Source: Octopus vulgaris (taxonomy: Eukaryota). From it: a DNA stretch of 64,000 nt. The stretch covers positions 38,812,001-38,876,000 of the forward strand of contig OX597814.1 in the NCBI GenBank assembly GCA_951406725.2, written 5' to 3'. Of the stretch, positions 28,707 through 42,451 are shown one piece after another. Both the position numbers and the translations under genes were made by a program. The notes beneath the pieces are model-generated. The model was given only the letters and a program-made list of their open reading frames with translations. It searched no databases and was not told the DNA's origin. Position 1 is the stretch's first letter; each line of letters starts with the position of its first letter.

Positions 28707-29057
28707 TATTAAATTAAGTTATAATGAAAACAATTTTACATTGATGTGAAAGATTATTACATACTGTTGTGGTATACTAAATTATTATTCTGTAACAAGA
28801 ATAATAACGACAGCGACACAGACACATGCACACACACACACAAACACACATGCACGTACGGATATATTTATATATAAAAATTTCTTTCGATATTTGATAA
28901 GATGGATTCACCAAAACTGGTTATATGTTAAATCATTGTAACAAGTGTTAAACATTCTCTAAAATATATTTCTCTGTCTTTTCCAACTTTATTTACTTTT
29001 TTGATCATGATTTTTGATTTGTATGATTTCTTAAAACCTAATTCAACTATATATATA

Positions 29058-30189
29058 CTAGCATCATGACCCGTCGTTGCCGGGTCATAGTGCTAGTGCT
29101 TGTATATATGTGTATATGTATGTGTACATATTACATGTGCATCTATATATATATATACATCTACACATAAAATAAAAAATACAAAGTTATATCTTGATAT
29201 CACTAGTGATAACAGTATTCAAAATATATAAAAGACTGGAATTGTAAGCCCGTCTCTTGCAATTTCGATCAATTGTATCTTGTCCTCCCTCTTGTATAGA
29301 AGTGTGGCTACAATTCAGTCTACCTCAACTTCTGGGGGGGGGGGGGCATTGTAATTTTTTTATCCGGCACGTCCTACGTCCCAGATATAAAGGTAAAAAT
29401 AAAATATTTCCACTTTGCAAGTTCGAGTCGAGTACTCCCTTGCACACAAACTTTCATAGCCGCACCAAGAAACTTTTCGATTGTGCTTTCCTCCAGGTTT
29501 TCAAATCTTTTTTCTCTACATTGTATACTTTATAGACATTAGTCTTTTCTTTAATTTAATTTTTTATTATCCATCTGGACAATTCCATTTCTGCACGCTA
29601 ATTTTATTTTTAATTTATTCCCATTCATGTGAAACCACTTATTCAAGTTCAAGTCATTGATGCAATTTTATACAAATTGCTATTTTTACTTGTGTTATGT
29701 TACGACTATATTATACTTTAGTTTGATTTTAATTATTACTTACTACATATAATTCGATTGTTATCATTATTTTTTTTGTTAAGGTGAAAGTATCTGACAT
29801 AAGATAGAGAAATATTTTTGTTTCACTTTTAACATGTAATACTGAAATAGTGGAGAAGATACGATATTGCTATGGGCTCGCTCTTGGCAAGAAGTTGAAC
29901 ATTGTTTTGCCCATGAAACTACATGGACGCTAAGTAAGGCATGTGTAAAATTTGAATGAAATTGGTTGTGTCAAGTTTTAGGGAATCGTAGTGTAGAAGT
30001 TATGATATTGCTGTGGGCTCGCCCTAGGCAAAAAGTTAACTTCTTTTGTGGATGACACTCCCCGGACCCCAAGTAAGGCATGTGTAAAATTTGAATAAAA
30101 TTGGTAGTGCAGTTCTCAAGCTTTAGGGAAACACACAGACAGACAGAGAGACAGACAGACACACATTCTCAGTTTTATATATATGGAGA
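29058..30189 (-). mobile_element. Non-autonomous Helitron (second family, ~1.13 kb) with internal ~140-bp tandem duplication
   Basis: Minus-strand 5' a-TCtccatatatataaaactgagaatgtgtgtctgtc. 3' hairpin tgacccggcaacgacgggtca then tgatg-CTAG-t. Duplicated unit gatattgct.tgggctcgc...aagtaaggcatgtgtaaaatttgaat...tttagggaa at ~29863-29985 and ~30004-30130. Confidence 0.82.
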
Positions 30190-30865
30190 TATATATATTT
30201 TTCTTTTCTTGGATCTCGCACTGTTTGAATGGTAAGTCGGGGAGCATTTGGGCAGAGGCATAGTTTCACCGTGCAGGCTCACACTGTTCGAAATCAGATG
30301 TTGATGCGTCGTTAATATCAACTGTGAAATTCTATGGGCAACGGCATGGACAAGGTGCGCTAGGCCCTGTCGGGCGCAAGGTCCGTAAGGCAACGCTCAT
30401 TGGGAGCTATTTCAATCGAGTAACCTTCACACGGCTTTGGTATCATTTGTGATAACATTGTAGCCACCTTTGTTTGTTCAGCTGCTGCCACAACCTGATG
30501 AGTCGCAACTACAGCCTGTTTAGCAGCTACATTCGCTTGATGTTTGGCTATCATAAATTTACATGGTAGTTCGTGTATGCAGACGCCATGGCTCTGAGAG
30601 TGATTGTGAGCGTATCAGTGATCATGACTGAGGCAGTGAGCGTGAGTTAGGCATTGACCATGAAAATGACAGTGGCCATGATGTCCATGACAGTAATGAT
30701 GGCATGGCTTATGGGTGTGCATAATAATAGAATCACAACTCTTGAAGAAGAATTCTTTTGGAAGTCAAAGATAATAGAATTGGGCGTTTTATAGTTTTTA
30801 CCTAGATGTTTTTTCTTTAGGGACACACAGAGACACTCACACACACAAACACGGCCATGATAGAT

Positions 30866-31198
30866 CGGTAGCCTCAGCACAATTTTTTCTCTCCTTGTTT
30901 CTTTCTGTGATCCTTTCTGTAGAAGAGCGTTTGCTCGAAACGTAAAAGAATTTTTCGATTCCCGAGCGTTATCATCATCATCATTGTTCGACCGTGGTCG
31001 AGACAATGGAATTTAACATGTTGCGCCAGACTTCACGGTCCATCATAGCATTACGGAGGTCCTGTTGCTGGATGCCTGTATCCCTGGAGATTACATCAGG
31101 GTAGGAGAGTGTGCGCCCTCTGGTGTTGCGTTATACTAATACATCTGTTTGTTTTGTACACCACCTGTCTTCGTCTTTTGTTTTTTCGTGAATTATCC

Positions 31199-31200
<2 letters not shown>
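30866..31200 (+). mobile_element. Putative Penelope terminal-repeat fragment, interrupted by a LINE insertion
   Basis: cttt-CTGTAGA-agagcgtttgctc-GAAACGTA-aaag at 30913-30948. An uninterrupted relative lies on the - strand at 49371-49470. Confidence 0.6.
30972..31127 (-). mobile_element. 5'-truncated RTE-like LINE with (TGA)n tail and 6-bp TSD
   Basis: Open frame NTRGRTLSYPDVISRDTGIQQQDLRNAMMDREVWRNMLNSIVSTTVEQ* then tgatgatga. Flanked by gcgtta at 30966-30971 and 31128-31133. Confidence 0.85.
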
Positions 31201-31279
<79 letters not shown>

Positions 31280-31289
31280 CATCTATCTA

Positions 31290-31320
<31 letters not shown>

Positions 31321-31419
31321 TTATACATATATATATACATATATATGTATATATATGCATATATATATGAATATATATGCATATATATATGTTTGTATTT
31401 TTCTAAATATAATATATAT

Positions 31420-32215
31420 AGCAGCGTCCGTACCCTCTTTGGCCTTATGTATGTACATATTCCTGTAAATTTGGTACGACTCTATACACTTTCTCTCTCT
31501 CCTACATTTCTCTGCCTTCCACACTTTGCACTCTACTTTGATATGTCTCCTTCTCCTCCTTTTCTCTTTTCTTGCCTCTGATTCTTTGGTCTACTCTTCC
31601 CCACTCACTAACATTTCTCTGTCTTTCTCACTTGCACTCAGTGATTCTGTCCCCAGCCAATCCTTGGCACGCACTCTTTCTTCTCCCCTATTTAATTCCT
31701 TCTTTCTCTATCTTCTCCCCCCCTTGTTGCCTTCGTCCCTGTTTTTCGCTCTCTCTTTGTTTCCTTTGCCCCCTTTCTTTTCTCACTCTTCTCTCACGTG
31801 ACCGCTGGTTAAACCAGGCTTTTGTCCTCCGACCACTGCCGTGAGAACATCGTTGTCTTCGTCTGCCGATAAAGGTATTTTGTCCAAAATACGCCAGCTA
31901 AGCTAAGTTGTACTGTTTATTAGTGGTAAGAAACACGTGGTTTTTGTCCTGTTTTTACCATTATTGTTTTTTGTATTCTATATTCGCGTGGCATCGTCCG
32001 TTTTTCTTTCCCTGTTTCGTATACATTCGATCCCTCTTCCAAGAAATCTAATGTTCGTTGCTTAGATTTTCCTTGGAGCGTTCTCAGGATTAATCAGCCG
32101 AAATTGCTAGGATGATCCTGTTCTTGACTGAAGATTGAAGGCTTCGAATGTCCCGTCCGTGTTTTTTGTATCGTCTTCTAAATGTTTTACGTTCTTTTCC
32201 CAGTTTGTATTTTTC

Positions 32216-32219
<4 letters not shown>
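31420..32219 (+). mobile_element. Pyrimidine-rich interspersed repeat, possibly Penelope 3'/terminal repeat
   Basis: CT-rich stretch then CTGAAGA-ttgaaggcttc-GAATGTC at 32128-32152 (hammerhead-like), ending in (TA)n like the other putative Penelope tails here. Confidence 0.35.
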
Positions 32220-33386
<1,167 letters not shown>

Positions 33387-33387
33387 A

Positions 33388-33530
33388 AGAGTATAATGGA
33401 ATAGTTCATAATTGTTTCATACATTCAATAGAGTCCATGCTATATACATAAAAAGTATAATGGAACAGTTCATAATTGTTAAATACATTCAATAGAGTCC
33501 ATGCTATATACATTCAATAGAATCCATGTT
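33388..33530. repeat. ~64-bp tandem repeat (two copies plus partial)
   Basis: agtataatggaa.agttcataattgtt...tacattcaatagagtccatgctatataca repeated. Confidence 0.85.
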
Positions 33531-33779
33531 CTTGAAAAGGCGAAAAATATATTATAAGGTGTAAGTCGTTCCTTACTGTTTTGTCAAGTGTGGTGCAGGA
33601 GTTCATTATAGATTTTACCTTGTGTTCCGATGGGAGCAACAGTAGTGATTCTTGGTTGTCGACTGTTAGCGTAATTTTGGTAAACTTGTGATTGTTGGGT
33701 TTATATCAGTTAAGTTGTGGCTGTGAAAGCAGTAGTAGCTCTGGTCTCTGGCACTGTTCACTGACGTAATATAATTCCA

Positions 33780-34185
33780 AACCAATCAAAGCCAAGCTTC
33801 AACGATTATAAGGAAAATACCACCAACTGTATACTGTTTAGGAAACCAGCCAAGCAGAACGACAAGTTTGACCACGGAAAAAAACGTCATCAATTTTTTA
33901 GCGAATCAAAATTAGATCTGACCTATAATTGTATGCTGTTAGGTGGCTAGTTTGACCACGGAAGAAAAACGTTATCAATTTTTTAGCGAATCAAAGTCAG
34001 ATCTGACCCATAATTGTATCCTAATTAGTTTGACCACGGAAGAAAAACGTCATCAATTTTTTAACGAATCAGAATTAGACCTGACCCATAACTGTATCTT
34101 GTGGGGAAACCAATCAAGCATGGCGACAAGCTTCACTACTGAGGTAAAACGTCATCAATTTTTTGACTAATCAAAATCAGATATG
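33780..34185. repeat. ~80-100-bp minisatellite, about four units
   Basis: agtttgaccacgga...aaaacgtcatcaattttttagcgaatcaaa.tagatctgacc.ataattgtat at ~33866, 33949, 34027 and a diverged unit at ~34129. Confidence 0.9.
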
Positions 34186-34439
34186 TTCGCAGAGAAAAAA
34201 AATTATTTTTATAAATGTTTACTTCCCTAAGACGTAACACTGCCAGCGGGAGTGACTGTTTAAGGATCTGAGAAATTGTAATTGCCCCCACCTCCACTAT
34301 TTTAATTCTCTCACTGTGGCCGTAGTAACAGTGACCACGGTGGTTATAGTAGTGGTAGTGTTAGTGGGAGCAGTCGTAGTGGTTGTGGTAGATTTTCGTT
34401 TTTTTCTTTTTCGGAAGACCAATGTTTTGTTTTAATATC

Positions 34440-34650
34440 CTGGCCCAGGGTGTTCAAACTTGGTCCAAATTTTTTGATGAAATAAAGTTTTTATTTTGGC
34501 GTTGCGTGAAGTTTACGCTGTCACTGAATTTGTAAAGTGGGTAAGTTGTAAATTTCGGATTTTTATTTGCAGCACATCTATGTATGTGTCCGCTTACCGG
34601 TATTTTCCGGTATTCAGGGTTTCTAATTTGTGATTTATGCACCGCCATCC
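34440..34650 (-). mobile_element. Penelope-like GIY-YIG C-terminal fragment
   Basis: [44 protein letters not shown] is homologous to YRKIACSEHIDIGATNKHPRFRTFLLYKF at 190-300. Confidence 0.72.
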
Positions 34651-34651
34651 T

Positions 34652-34658
34652 GTATATA

Positions 34659-34755
<97 letters not shown>

Positions 34756-35048
34756 GTATATATCTATGTATACGTATATATATGTATATATATATATATG
34801 TATATATATGTATATATATATGTATATGTATATATATGTATATATATATATGTATATATATGTATATATATATATATGTTTATATATATATGTATATATA
34901 TATATATATATGTATGTATATATATATGTTTATATATATATATATAGGTATATATATATATGTATATATATATATGTGTGTATATATACATATATGTATA
35001 TATACATATATTTATATATACATATACACATATATATATACATATATA

Positions 35049-35097
<49 letters not shown>
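34652..35097. repeat. Degenerate (TA)n/(TATG)n array
   Basis: Seen directly. Confidence 0.95.
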
Positions 35098-35098
<1 letters not shown>

Positions 35099-35101
35099 CT
35101 T

Positions 35102-35473
35102 AGGTGTGGCCGTGTGGTAAGAAGCACGGTTCCTACCACATTGTTCCGTGTTCAATTCCACTGCGTGGTACATTGGTTAACTACATTGTACTTGCCCAAT
35201 GTACCTTGTACTTTTTATTTCTTTATTGCACACTAGGGCTAAAAATAGAGGGACAAATAAGGGCAGATAAAGGGATTATGTCGATTATATCGACCCCAGC
35301 GCTTAACTGGTACTTTATTTATCGACCCCGAAAGGATTAAAGCCAAAGTCGACTTTGGCGGAATTCGAACTCAGAGCTAACGGCAGACGAAACGCATTTC
35401 GCCCGACGTGCTAACGATTCTTCCAGCTCGCCGCCTTGTGCTTTTACCACGTACTTTCCTCGGGTCGACCAAA
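35102..35473 (+). mobile_element. SINE family B head (+) containing a nested family A SINE (35218-35436, -)
   Basis: Head ggtgtggccgtgtggtaagaagc...gttcaattccactgcgtgg (A/B boxes) resumes as cctcgggtcgaccaaa after the inserted element. Confidence 0.8.
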
Positions 35474-36718
35474 TTTAATATGCATGTTTATATAGATGAA
35501 CTAGATAAATTTTAAGCAGTCAAAACAGGATTACAGCAATAACCTCTAAGCAAATCATTGTAGGTGTCTGTTCATAGCATAATTCCTTCTTGAAACAAAC
35601 AGGAATCGCACTTATATTATATTTACGAACTTACATTAATAAATATATTTATTTGATAAATTTCATAATGTGTTTCTAGAACACGGCGGTAAATATGTTT
35701 TAATAAAAACTGAGAAATATAAGTGAATATAAGTGAAACCTGTTGCTCTGAAAATGTGCGTGTAGTCTGTTTGTGCGTGTGATGTGTGAGTATGTGTTTT
35801 GTGTCTGTGTGATCGCGCGCTTTCTCTGTATTTTATGTCATTAATATAATGTACATTTCAAATCATGATAGGAAGTAATATATTACAATCTAATATAATT
35901 TTTAAAGAAGTATTTTTTAAGTAAATATATCACAGTTTATTCAATATCATGTCATTTTAGAAAACACATAACCCTGGCTAAGATCTAATAGCAATTGACT
36001 AAATTTTTTAAAAAGAGAATCTTACGACTCATGACGGTCAATATTTCCCGAGATTGGGAAAACTGAATGCTAAAGTGGTGGCATTAAATTATTTTTACCC
36101 TGCAAGATCATGTTTTGTTTCTATGAGTAAAATTTATTTCAGATATTACTTGAGTCATTTGTAAATTATAAAAGTATAAATGCAAAAGGAAATAAGTCTG
36201 ATGCCAAGCGCAATACCAGTTTATTACCGTCCATCATTTAATTTTTTATCTTATCAATATACTTACTTCAAGACGTCGATTTTGTTTATATATATATATA
36301 TATATATATACTTGTGAAACTCGCGTGTTAATAACAATATATGTGTTTTTCTGCGACTGAGCATGGTAAGGATGTCTTTATATCTAACGATGTAGTGTCT
36401 TAAACTGAAGTTGTTAAAAAATATGATGGCGTGTTTATAGTTTTATGGGAGACATTACCGTTTTCGGTGCGCCATAAGTCTGACAGTCGATACGGAAATA
36501 TTTGCCTATTCAAGGAATATTCTACACGCTAAGATGATATGAATTTTTCTTAAGATATATTATTATATACTTTAATTTACAAACTATTACTACATTCAGT
36601 GATCATTTGAAAATAAGTAATATGCATGTATATTTGCATGTTTATATATTTATATATATACACAAACACACATATATATATATATATTAATGTACATATG
36701 TATGTATATATATATATG

Positions 36719-36786
<68 letters not shown>

Positions 36787-36885
36787 TAGATAATAGACAG
36801 ATATAGAGATATATAGATGATATATATATATACATATATAGACATATACATATATATATATATGTCCGTATAAACACACATACAT

Positions 36886-36948
<63 letters not shown>

Positions 36949-37814
36949 CAGAGAGAGAGAGAGGGGGAGATAGAGAGTTATATTCGTTCATACAAAGTTA
37001 GCTTGCCTCTGCCTTTGTGTATGTTGCTATGTAGATATGTATGGACATATTTAGTGAGGTAACATTTCCGAAATATTGATTTCTCTCCAGATCGTTATAT
37101 CGCATGAATCATTGATAAAGGTAAAGGATGTAGAAACCTCAATTATCGATGCTCTATCTGCTCTCTTTTGTAACACCATTGAACTTCAGTAATTGAGTGT
37201 TGCTTGTAGCAGTTTTATTCTTAGGCTGTTAAAGACGTAAACAAAATAAAGATTATTATCTTTAAATTTGGCACACATGTTCGTTAACAACGTAAAACAA
37301 CAGACGGATAAAGACAAAAATACAAACATAACATTAAAAATATTATGTTGTACCATTCGCAGTCAAATCCGTTGTATTTATATATATTTTTTAGGGAAAA
37401 ATCAATACACATGTTGTCCAGATATTAAAGATTGATTCCTTTTACAATGTGAGATGAAACCCAAATGTTACAGGTAATTGAGACATTTCGATTTTTGGAA
37501 ATATTATTAGAAGTGTAATTAAGTATATTTACTGATCGAAAATCGGCCCTAAAACCAAGTGTCAAATTTGGAAGGATGCAGTTATAATTACTTTAAATGA
37601 AGGTCAGTGAAGTGTTGCATAGAGTGTCCAAAATGAAATAAACGAATGGTGATATCATTCTCTTTACATTAATTTCTTATTTATACTACGACAACAATTT
37701 TCTTTCCATGACCATTACATACACTCCAAGGCAAGAGAAGTCTTATCGTTAGAAGCCTGAATTTTGTCAGGTTGTTAAACAAGAGATTATCTATTTGAAA
37801 TATAAGCATGCCTG

Positions 37815-38060
37815 CTAATTTGCATAAAATGGGTCATTTGGCAACATATTAGACTATATATTTATATACAAAACCACATCATGAATATACGAAACATGCA
37901 TAATATTTAAAGATAGCTGTAGTGCTGTTTACATTAAACCAATGTTTTATATAACTGCATATCACTAGTTTGCTTAAAATGGGTCATCCTAGTTTGCATA
38001 AAATGGATCATTTGGCAACATACTAAACTATGTATTTATATACAAAACCATATTATGAAT
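37815..38060. repeat. ~72-bp direct repeat pair plus a 23-bp partial copy
   Basis: cta.tttgcataaaatgg.tcatttggcaacata...tttatatacaaa.cca.at.atgaat at 37815 and 37989; partial at 37965. Confidence 0.85.
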
Positions 38061-38889
38061 TTATGATGTCCTGCCAGATAGATCTCAGAACCTTTTCTAA
38101 TTGTTCACGTGTTGCAATATCTATTCTCCTCAGTTTTACATTTTAAGTCTTGTAAATAATTTTTTTTCTCTATATATTCCTCCTAATTTCGCTAGGAGGT
38201 TTCACCTTGACTTCGTGCACCTCCCTTCTCAAAGTCTATATCTATTTCCCCACTATCCTCTTTTTGAGTGCCGGCTACAGCTGCAAAATTCTTTTCATTA
38301 TTTCCGAAAATCTCCAGTCTACATTTCTCCATTTCTCTCTCTATTTTGTCCTGACAAGCCAGCTACTCCTTTTCCGACGTCCCTACGTCCGACGAACTCA
38401 CGTATTCGTAAATCATTTCATCGTCTGCCCCCTGCACAAATGATTTGTTGATAGTGATCAAATGTTCGTATTTCACATTAACCCAATTTCTCCATCAAAT
38501 GCGCGTTGTCTGAGCAGATGCACGCGCCAGTTGTCGAAGTGATCGCAGAGTAACTCGAGATGAAATGTTTTGCTCAAGAACACAGCGCACCACCATAGCC
38601 ACCAAGCCATATATACACACACGCACAAACACACACGCACATTAGTTTGAGCATGTATGTATATACCTATAGGGGAGGTTTCTCTCAGCCGTTTAGTTGT
38701 CTCTTAATGTATGCGCAATAGGAGTGGACCATAATTAATTAGATTCTTTTCTTTTAACTCTTCTATATATCATAACATGTCCCACACCACCTTCTGCCAC
38801 TCAGTCATCTTACAATCATAGCTCTTTTTACGAAACCTTCGCAATGATCTTCAATAAACGTGCTCACACACACACACACACACAAACAG

Positions 38890-38930
<41 letters not shown>

Positions 38931-39995
38931 CACACACACTAACACACACACATATTACATAAGCTGATCTATTACTCACCGTCAGTTCCTTACTATCCCG
39001 CACGTGCAAAATTTCACTTATACATTCACATTTTCACATCTGTTTAGTATTGCCCCAATAATTTTTAATATAACCCTTATGTATCCATACATCTATCCTT
39101 TTCACCTTTATCGTTTTCCGTCATTTACTGTCCATCACATATACAATTGATACTTGAACTCTTGTCTTAGGTTCACTAATAAGCAGCTATTAATAGTTAT
39201 AACTATCATCTGAACATGTCATTTGTCAATTTATTTTAGATCTTTGCAGTCTAGATAACTTTTAATTAATTTCATTGTTTCCATTAATTCATGAACCTCA
39301 TTTTCCCTTAACATTCACATTCCTCAAATACACACACGATTAGCAACGCCAAAATACAAATATGTTTTCAAACGCGCGCACGTAAAAAGAGTATTTAAAC
39401 AAGATACCATACACAATCACATGTGTGTTATAAGCCTAATCATAAGACAGCCTATCATACCTGTAGCTCAAAATATCCCATACTTGCTAAAATAATTCGC
39501 TTATGCCAACAAAGATAACTGTAGCAGACAAAGCAAATCCAAAAACCAAATCTAATGTTAAACACCAAACGAAATATAGATAAATAAGCCAGTTACCTAC
39601 ATGTGCAGTTGACGCCAACTCTCTCACAAACGTAGGCTGCTAAAGACTTGCAGTTCGAAGATTCACTTTCCCATTATAAAATCAGTGACTACTAGGATAT
39701 TTAAGCTTTTAATTCCCTTATTAAATGTTTACTTAAGAAATACCCTGTATTGATCCCTTTCTCTCTCCTTCTCACACATGTTCCCTGTATAATATGTATG
39801 CATTTACATAAAATAAAAGTGAACAAAATCAATAATTCAAGGCCAGTCTATTTAACTACATACAGGGAAAGAAAAGGTAATTAATCAATCTGTTTTCCTA
39901 TGATAAGCCTTGACGTGTATATATGTGTAAGCACATGCGTGCGACTGAATGTGTTGCGTTTTGTGCGTCCATGCATGAGTATACATACACATAGT

Positions 39996-40041
<46 letters not shown>

Positions 40042-40400
40042 GGCGTGTATGTATGTATGTGTATATCTATCTATAAATATATTTATATGTATATATATAT
40101 ATATCTATATATATATACACACATGCATATATACAAATATACATGGATAAATAAATACATACATACATACATACATATATGCATGCATAAGCACACACAC
40201 ACACTGACCCACACATATGCGCTCAAACAAACAATAGGAATGCAGTGTAAATAACGGATAGTCAATACTACTGAATAGGTTGCAAGACGCAATGAAAATT
40301 TTAGGAAAATAAAAGTATGGAACAAGTGGAAATTTTACCCGTGCGTGTGTTAAATTACTTATCAGACACAAAAAGAAAATGACACTCCCCGGACATAACA

Positions 40401-41026
<626 letters not shown>

Positions 41027-41799
41027 GTTAGTTAGTTAGTTAGTTAATTTGGCTCAAAAGCAAATAGCAAGGCCATGTAGGGGGACATGGAGTTAAGTAC
41101 AGGGTGTTGTTCATGTAAAGAGTTCAGGCCACTTGAGGTCAAGGGAGGCTTTGAACAAAGCGGTCTTTGGCATCTTTACCATCTCGTCTGGCAGCTTGTT
41201 CCACGGATCCGCAACCCGGACGGAGAAAGCTCCTCTCCTTCGATTGAGATGAAATCGTCGCTGGTAGAGCTTTTCGGAATGACCCCGCAGCCGACGCTCT
41301 GGAGCAGAAGTGAAGAACAGCTCTTTCGAGAGGTTACACTTTCCGCTTATGATGTTGTGGGCGAGAATGAGATCACTACGGCGGCGGCGTTTTTCAAGAG
41401 AATAAAGGTCGAGCGTCCTCAGCCTTTCTTCGTAGGACAAATTTTTGAGACCATGAACCATGCGGGTAGCCAGCTTCTGGACTCTTTCGAGATGCTGTAT
41501 GTCTTTGAGGAGATAAGGAGAAGAGGCTTGAATCCCATACTCCAATATGGGTCTCACCAGCGTGACATAGATTGGTAGGAATATGGCTGCTGTGAGCATT
41601 CCGAATGACCGTCGAATCAAGAACAGAATTCCGCGTGCTTTGTTGGCAGCATGGTCGCACTGGGCCGAAGGCGAAAAGGAGGGATCCACCAAGATACCTA
41701 GGTCCTTTACCTGATCGGTCCTCTCCAGCAGCAGACGACCCGGCTCGAAATCAAGTTGAGTTGCAGGAGTAGAGCCGACAGGCAGATGACAGCACTTTG

Positions 41800-41800
<1 letters not shown>
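41027..41800 (-). mobile_element. Young 5'-truncated CR1-clade LINE (ORF2 C-terminus, 3' UTR, (TAAC)n tail)
   Basis: Uninterrupted ~230 codons: SKCCHL...VKDLGILVD...[12 protein letters not shown]...[11 protein letters not shown]...YEERL...[14 protein letters not shown]...RGHSEKL...[13 protein letters not shown]...FKASLD, stop at 41111. Tail gttagttagttagttagtta at 41027-41046. Confidence 0.95.
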
Positions 41801-41882
<82 letters not shown>

Positions 41883-42039
41883 ATATATATGTATTTAGAT
41901 ATACATATACATATACATATATATACGTATAAGTATATATATATGTGCAATATATATATATATATGCGTCTATGTATGTATATATATATATATTTATATA
42001 TATATATATATTTATTTATATATATGTATCTAGCTATCC

Positions 42040-42070
<31 letters not shown>

Positions 42071-42089
42071 TACATATGTATATATATTT

Positions 42090-42372
42090 CACGTGATCAA
42101 GTGATCGAGTTGACGATATATATCACAGTTAACCATGCGCGTGGTCGTTTAGGATTTTCAATAATAGCAGACCGGTGCCTAGGTGAGCAAATCAATATTC
42201 TTCCTGATCGGAAGGCTAATTCGCCGCAGAGTTATCTATTGAAAGCTTCGTAGACTGGAACAACATGAAACGAAGAGATTTGTACAAGATTACAACGCCC
42301 AACCGGTATGCAAATCTCTGGAAATCGAAACCAGGATCTTACCATCTTGAATATAACACGTCTGACCACTAT
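42090..42372 (-). mobile_element. Diverged tRNA-derived SINE
   Basis: Minus strand tagtggtcagacgtg...ggtttcgatttcc (A/B-box-like) and catgttgttccagtctac, similar to 44455-44720. Confidence 0.5.
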
Positions 42373-42401
42373 TTTACATTCCTTTACACATGCGCGCACG
42401 C

Positions 42402-42451
<50 letters not shown>

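Noticed and set aside
33860-34185. CRISPR-like repeat/spacer appearance
   Set aside because: Repeats are ~70 bp, linkers are short or related to each other, there are no cas genes, and the context is eukaryotic.
40295-40400. gacactccccggac shared with the 29-30 kb Helitron
   Set aside because: Only a ~14-bp match; too short to call a copy.
41087-41578. 163-aa plus-strand ORF
   Set aside because: Antisense shadow of the CR1 ORF2.
41801-42067. N-terminal part of the 318-aa ORF
   Set aside because: Microsatellite fortuitously in frame with the truncated LINE; not a real start.
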